Shown here in pieces: positions 8,214 through 10,255 of a DNA stretch of 10,255 nucleotides. The first letter of the stretch is position 1; every line of letters begins with the position of its first letter. This DNA is from Octopus sinensis (Eukaryota), in the NCBI RefSeq assembly GCF_006345805.1, contig NW_021827466.1:1-10255 (forward strand), in the 5' to 3' direction. The notes under the pieces were generated by a model. That model ran no database searches and was not told the DNA's origin. It saw only the letters and a program-made list of their open reading frames with translations. A program made the translations under genes and the position numbers.

Positions 8214-8215
<2 letters not shown>

Positions 8216-8283
<68 letters not shown>
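8216..8283. repeat. (TA)n microsatellite, right flank of the ribozyme-bearing insert
   Basis: Direct reading. A TACA-rich tract continues to ~8365. Confidence 0.97.
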
Positions 8284-8287
<4 letters not shown>

Positions 8288-8533
8288 CAAAATATATATA
8301 AACATATGCATATATACATACATGTATGTACATACCTACATCTATATGTATATATACAAGCATATATGGGTACAGGTCACCAAGAAAACGTTGAACACAA
8401 TGAGAAACGAAAACATAAAATCAAAAACATGGAAACGGACGTTTTTTCAAACAACGAAAAAACAGAGTACAAGACATACAACACAAGGAATATTCCCCTT
8501 TTTCAGTTGCCTCTGTTTCGGCTACTCCGCGTT

Positions 8534-8736
8534 ATTCTTTTATTCTCTTACTTGTTTCAGTCATTTGACTGCGGCCTTGGTGGAACACCGCCTTTGAGGG
8601 TTTTAGTCGAAGAAGTCGACCTCAGGACTTATTCTTTATAAGTCTAGTACTTATTCTATCAGCTACTTTTGCCAAACTGCTAAGTTACGGAGACATAAAC
8701 ATACCAGTATCGGTTGTCAAGCAATGTTGAACGGAC
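8534..8736 (-). mobile_element. 3' part of an abundant octopus-type SINE (head missing)
   Basis: TTACTTGTTTCAGTCATTTGACTGCGGCC...CACCGCCTT...AGTACTTATTCTATC...GCTAAGTTACGG...CGGTTGTCAAGC closely matches a very common octopus repeat as I recall it. It has a TTCTTTTA-type tail at 8534 and runs into (CA)n. Not database-checked. Confidence 0.7.
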
Positions 8737-8737
8737 A

Positions 8738-8747
8738 CACACTTACA

Positions 8748-8806
<59 letters not shown>
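8738..8806. repeat. (CA)n microsatellite
   Basis: Direct reading. Confidence 0.95.
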
Positions 8807-8904
8807 TACGTACATGTATCACTCACATTATGATAGAGAACTAGCGTCCTTCTTCGCCTTTCTCTCCATTTTGCTTTGGACCTGTTCTGACACATATCTG
8901 CTTG

Positions 8905-8943
8905 TCAATCAATCAATCAGTCAATCAATCAATCAATCAATCA

Positions 8944-8998
<55 letters not shown>

Positions 8999-9036
8999 AT
9001 CTATCTATCTATATATCTGTCTGTCTGTCTATTAGA

Positions 9037-9108
<72 letters not shown>

Positions 9109-9170
9109 CAATCTATCTATCTATCTATCTAGCTAGCCATCTGTCAGTCTGTCTGTCTGTCAGTCTATCG
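8905..9170. repeat. Compound (TCAA)n-(TCTA)n-(TCTG)n tetranucleotide microsatellite
   Basis: TCAA repeats at 8905-8944, TCTA repeats at ~8945-9131, TCTG interruptions and tail. It produces the NQSI/YLSI ORFs. Confidence 0.96.
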
Positions 9171-9445
9171 GCTAGCTCTCTTTCTCTTTCCTTAAATACT
9201 TAAATTTATATATGTGTGCATATGTATATATACATACATATACAGTACATATACATACATACACGCATGTATATATACATACACACACACGCACACACAC
9301 ACACATATATAAATGTTTTTATTGTTCATTCCCTTTCAGAATTACAACTATTAGTGCTTTGTAGTTTAACTGCTCTTTCTAGTGAGTCAGATGTCCTATT
9401 ATGGACATCTCTTATGTGTTTAAATGTACACTGTATTTTTCTATG

Positions 9446-9448
<3 letters not shown>

Positions 9449-9487
<39 letters not shown>

Positions 9488-9488
9488 A

Positions 9489-9525
<37 letters not shown>
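9449..9525. repeat. (TA)n (9449-9483) and (GA)n (9493-9525) microsatellites
   Basis: Direct reading. Confidence 0.96.
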
Positions 9526-9530
<5 letters not shown>

Positions 9531-9820
9531 AAGAGAAAGAAGATCGATAGAGAGAAGTAGAAAGATTATAGCTTCCAGATGACTAGAAGTTTTTGATGGT
9601 CATCCTATTCCATATAATGGCTATCTGAAACAGAGGCCGGACAATTTCATTGTTTGAATACTGAAGAGAGAATATATATGAAATTGTGGTAATTATTTCA
9701 ATGCTGAAAATAAGCACTAATATTTGAAATACTTTTAGAAGAAGCCATTAAGTGCTAATAATTTAAGATATGACTTCTGACTATGTTTCTCGCTTTCTCT
9801 TTCCTCGTTCTTCCTCTATT

Positions 9821-9900
9821 CCTTCCTCTCTCTTTCTTTCTCTTTCTCTCTCTCTCTCTCTCTCTCGCTGTTTATCTCTTTCTGCCTCTTTCTCTCTCTT
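9821..9900. repeat. (CT)n / pyrimidine-rich tract
   Basis: Direct reading. It produces the SLSLSL part of ORF 9770-10117. Confidence 0.85.
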
Positions 9901-10255
9901 GCTTTATTTCCACTTTCATACTTCCAGTTCCTCTGTGTTTCCTTCTCTTGACGTGATGGGGGTCAATACGTCATTTTTGTCCGCACGTGAAACATCACAG
10001 ATATTAAATATCAATATTATCATTGTCGGGGGAAATTGTATTGATTTTTTTTTTCTTCGAATTTCTGTACAATTTTTATTTTATTTTCGGCGAGGAAAAA
10101 CGTGTGGGAAGGTGTAGGTGTCTTTGGTGATATTAGCAGTTTAGGCGGTGTGGGCGGTGTAGGCACGTCTGATTGCAGTGTTAGAGTTCATTAAAATATT
10201 TTAGATATTAAAAAAATTCATAATAATCTATTTCAGCGGCGTTTTCCATATTCCT

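Larger units (their letters stand above)
6670..8215 (+). mobile_element. Non-coding hammerhead-ribozyme tandem element (retrozyme or non-autonomous Penelope-like element) with a 5' inverted segment
   Basis: Tandem ~595-bp units with one type I hammerhead per full unit and a fold-back 5' end. Both ends abut (TA)n, and the ORF track shows no ORF here. Confidence 0.8.
6791..8215 (+). repeat. Head-to-tail tandem repeat, 2.4 copies (6791-7388, 7389-7980, 7981-8215)
   Basis: TGTCTGCC(T)TCCAAATGCTG recurs at 6791, 7389 and 7981 (periods 598 and 592). The third copy stops at ...CATTATTACGGAT. Confidence 0.97.

Noticed and set aside
6791-8215. CRISPR array or satellite interpretation of the tandem repeat
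   Set aside because: Units are ~595 bp with no repeat-spacer alternation, the context is eukaryotic, and the ribozyme plus discrete ends fit a retroelement better than a satellite.
8366-8533. Possible minus-strand hammerhead (CGAAAC at 8515-8520, CTGAAAA at 8500-8506, palindrome GGAATATTCC)
   Set aside because: The core is CUGAAAA rather than CUGANGA, there is no UH cleavage site between GAAA and CUGA, and no consistent three-stem fold. It may be a fragment of another TA-associated repeat cut by the SINE, but I cannot support that.
8306-9446. ORFs with YIYI, THTH, NQSI and YLSI repeats
   Set aside because: Microsatellite and SINE translations, not genes.
790-9667. Isolated CTGAAGA heptamers at 790-796 (+), 5545-5551 (-) and 9661-9667 (+)
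   Set aside because: None has a properly closed stem II followed by GAAA, stem III, NUH and a complementary stem I.
10010-10190. Minus-strand open frame with a Pro-rich stretch (SDVPTPPTPPKLLISPKTPTPS)
   Set aside because: Short, bounded by stops, no convincing splice acceptor or start, and it could arise from GGTGTG/GGCGGT repeats.

Overview
AT-rich, microsatellite-dense eukaryotic (metazoan) intergenic or intronic DNA. The SINE fragments look like ones I recall from octopus genomes, so a cephalopod origin is likely but is an inference. No intact protein-coding gene is supported, and most ORFs in the supplied track are translations of simple repeats. The left half holds a decayed, internally deleted L1/Tx1-clade LINE (~1590-4230, +) with ORF1, APE endonuclease, RT N-terminus and C-terminal CCHC remnants, plus weak DNA-transposon remnants and SINE pieces. 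The standout is a non-coding ~1.55-kb insert (6670-8215) between two (TA)n tracts. It comprises 2.4 head-to-tail copies of a ~595-bp unit, each full copy carrying a complete type I hammerhead ribozyme (CUGAAGA...GAAA...GUC; predicted cleavage after 7326 and 7921) with a palindromic stem III and a ~76-nt stem II. A ~123-bp fold-back inversion sits at its 5' end. This fits a retrozyme or non-autonomous Penelope-like retroelement that could release a 595-nt self-cleaved, potentially circular RNA.
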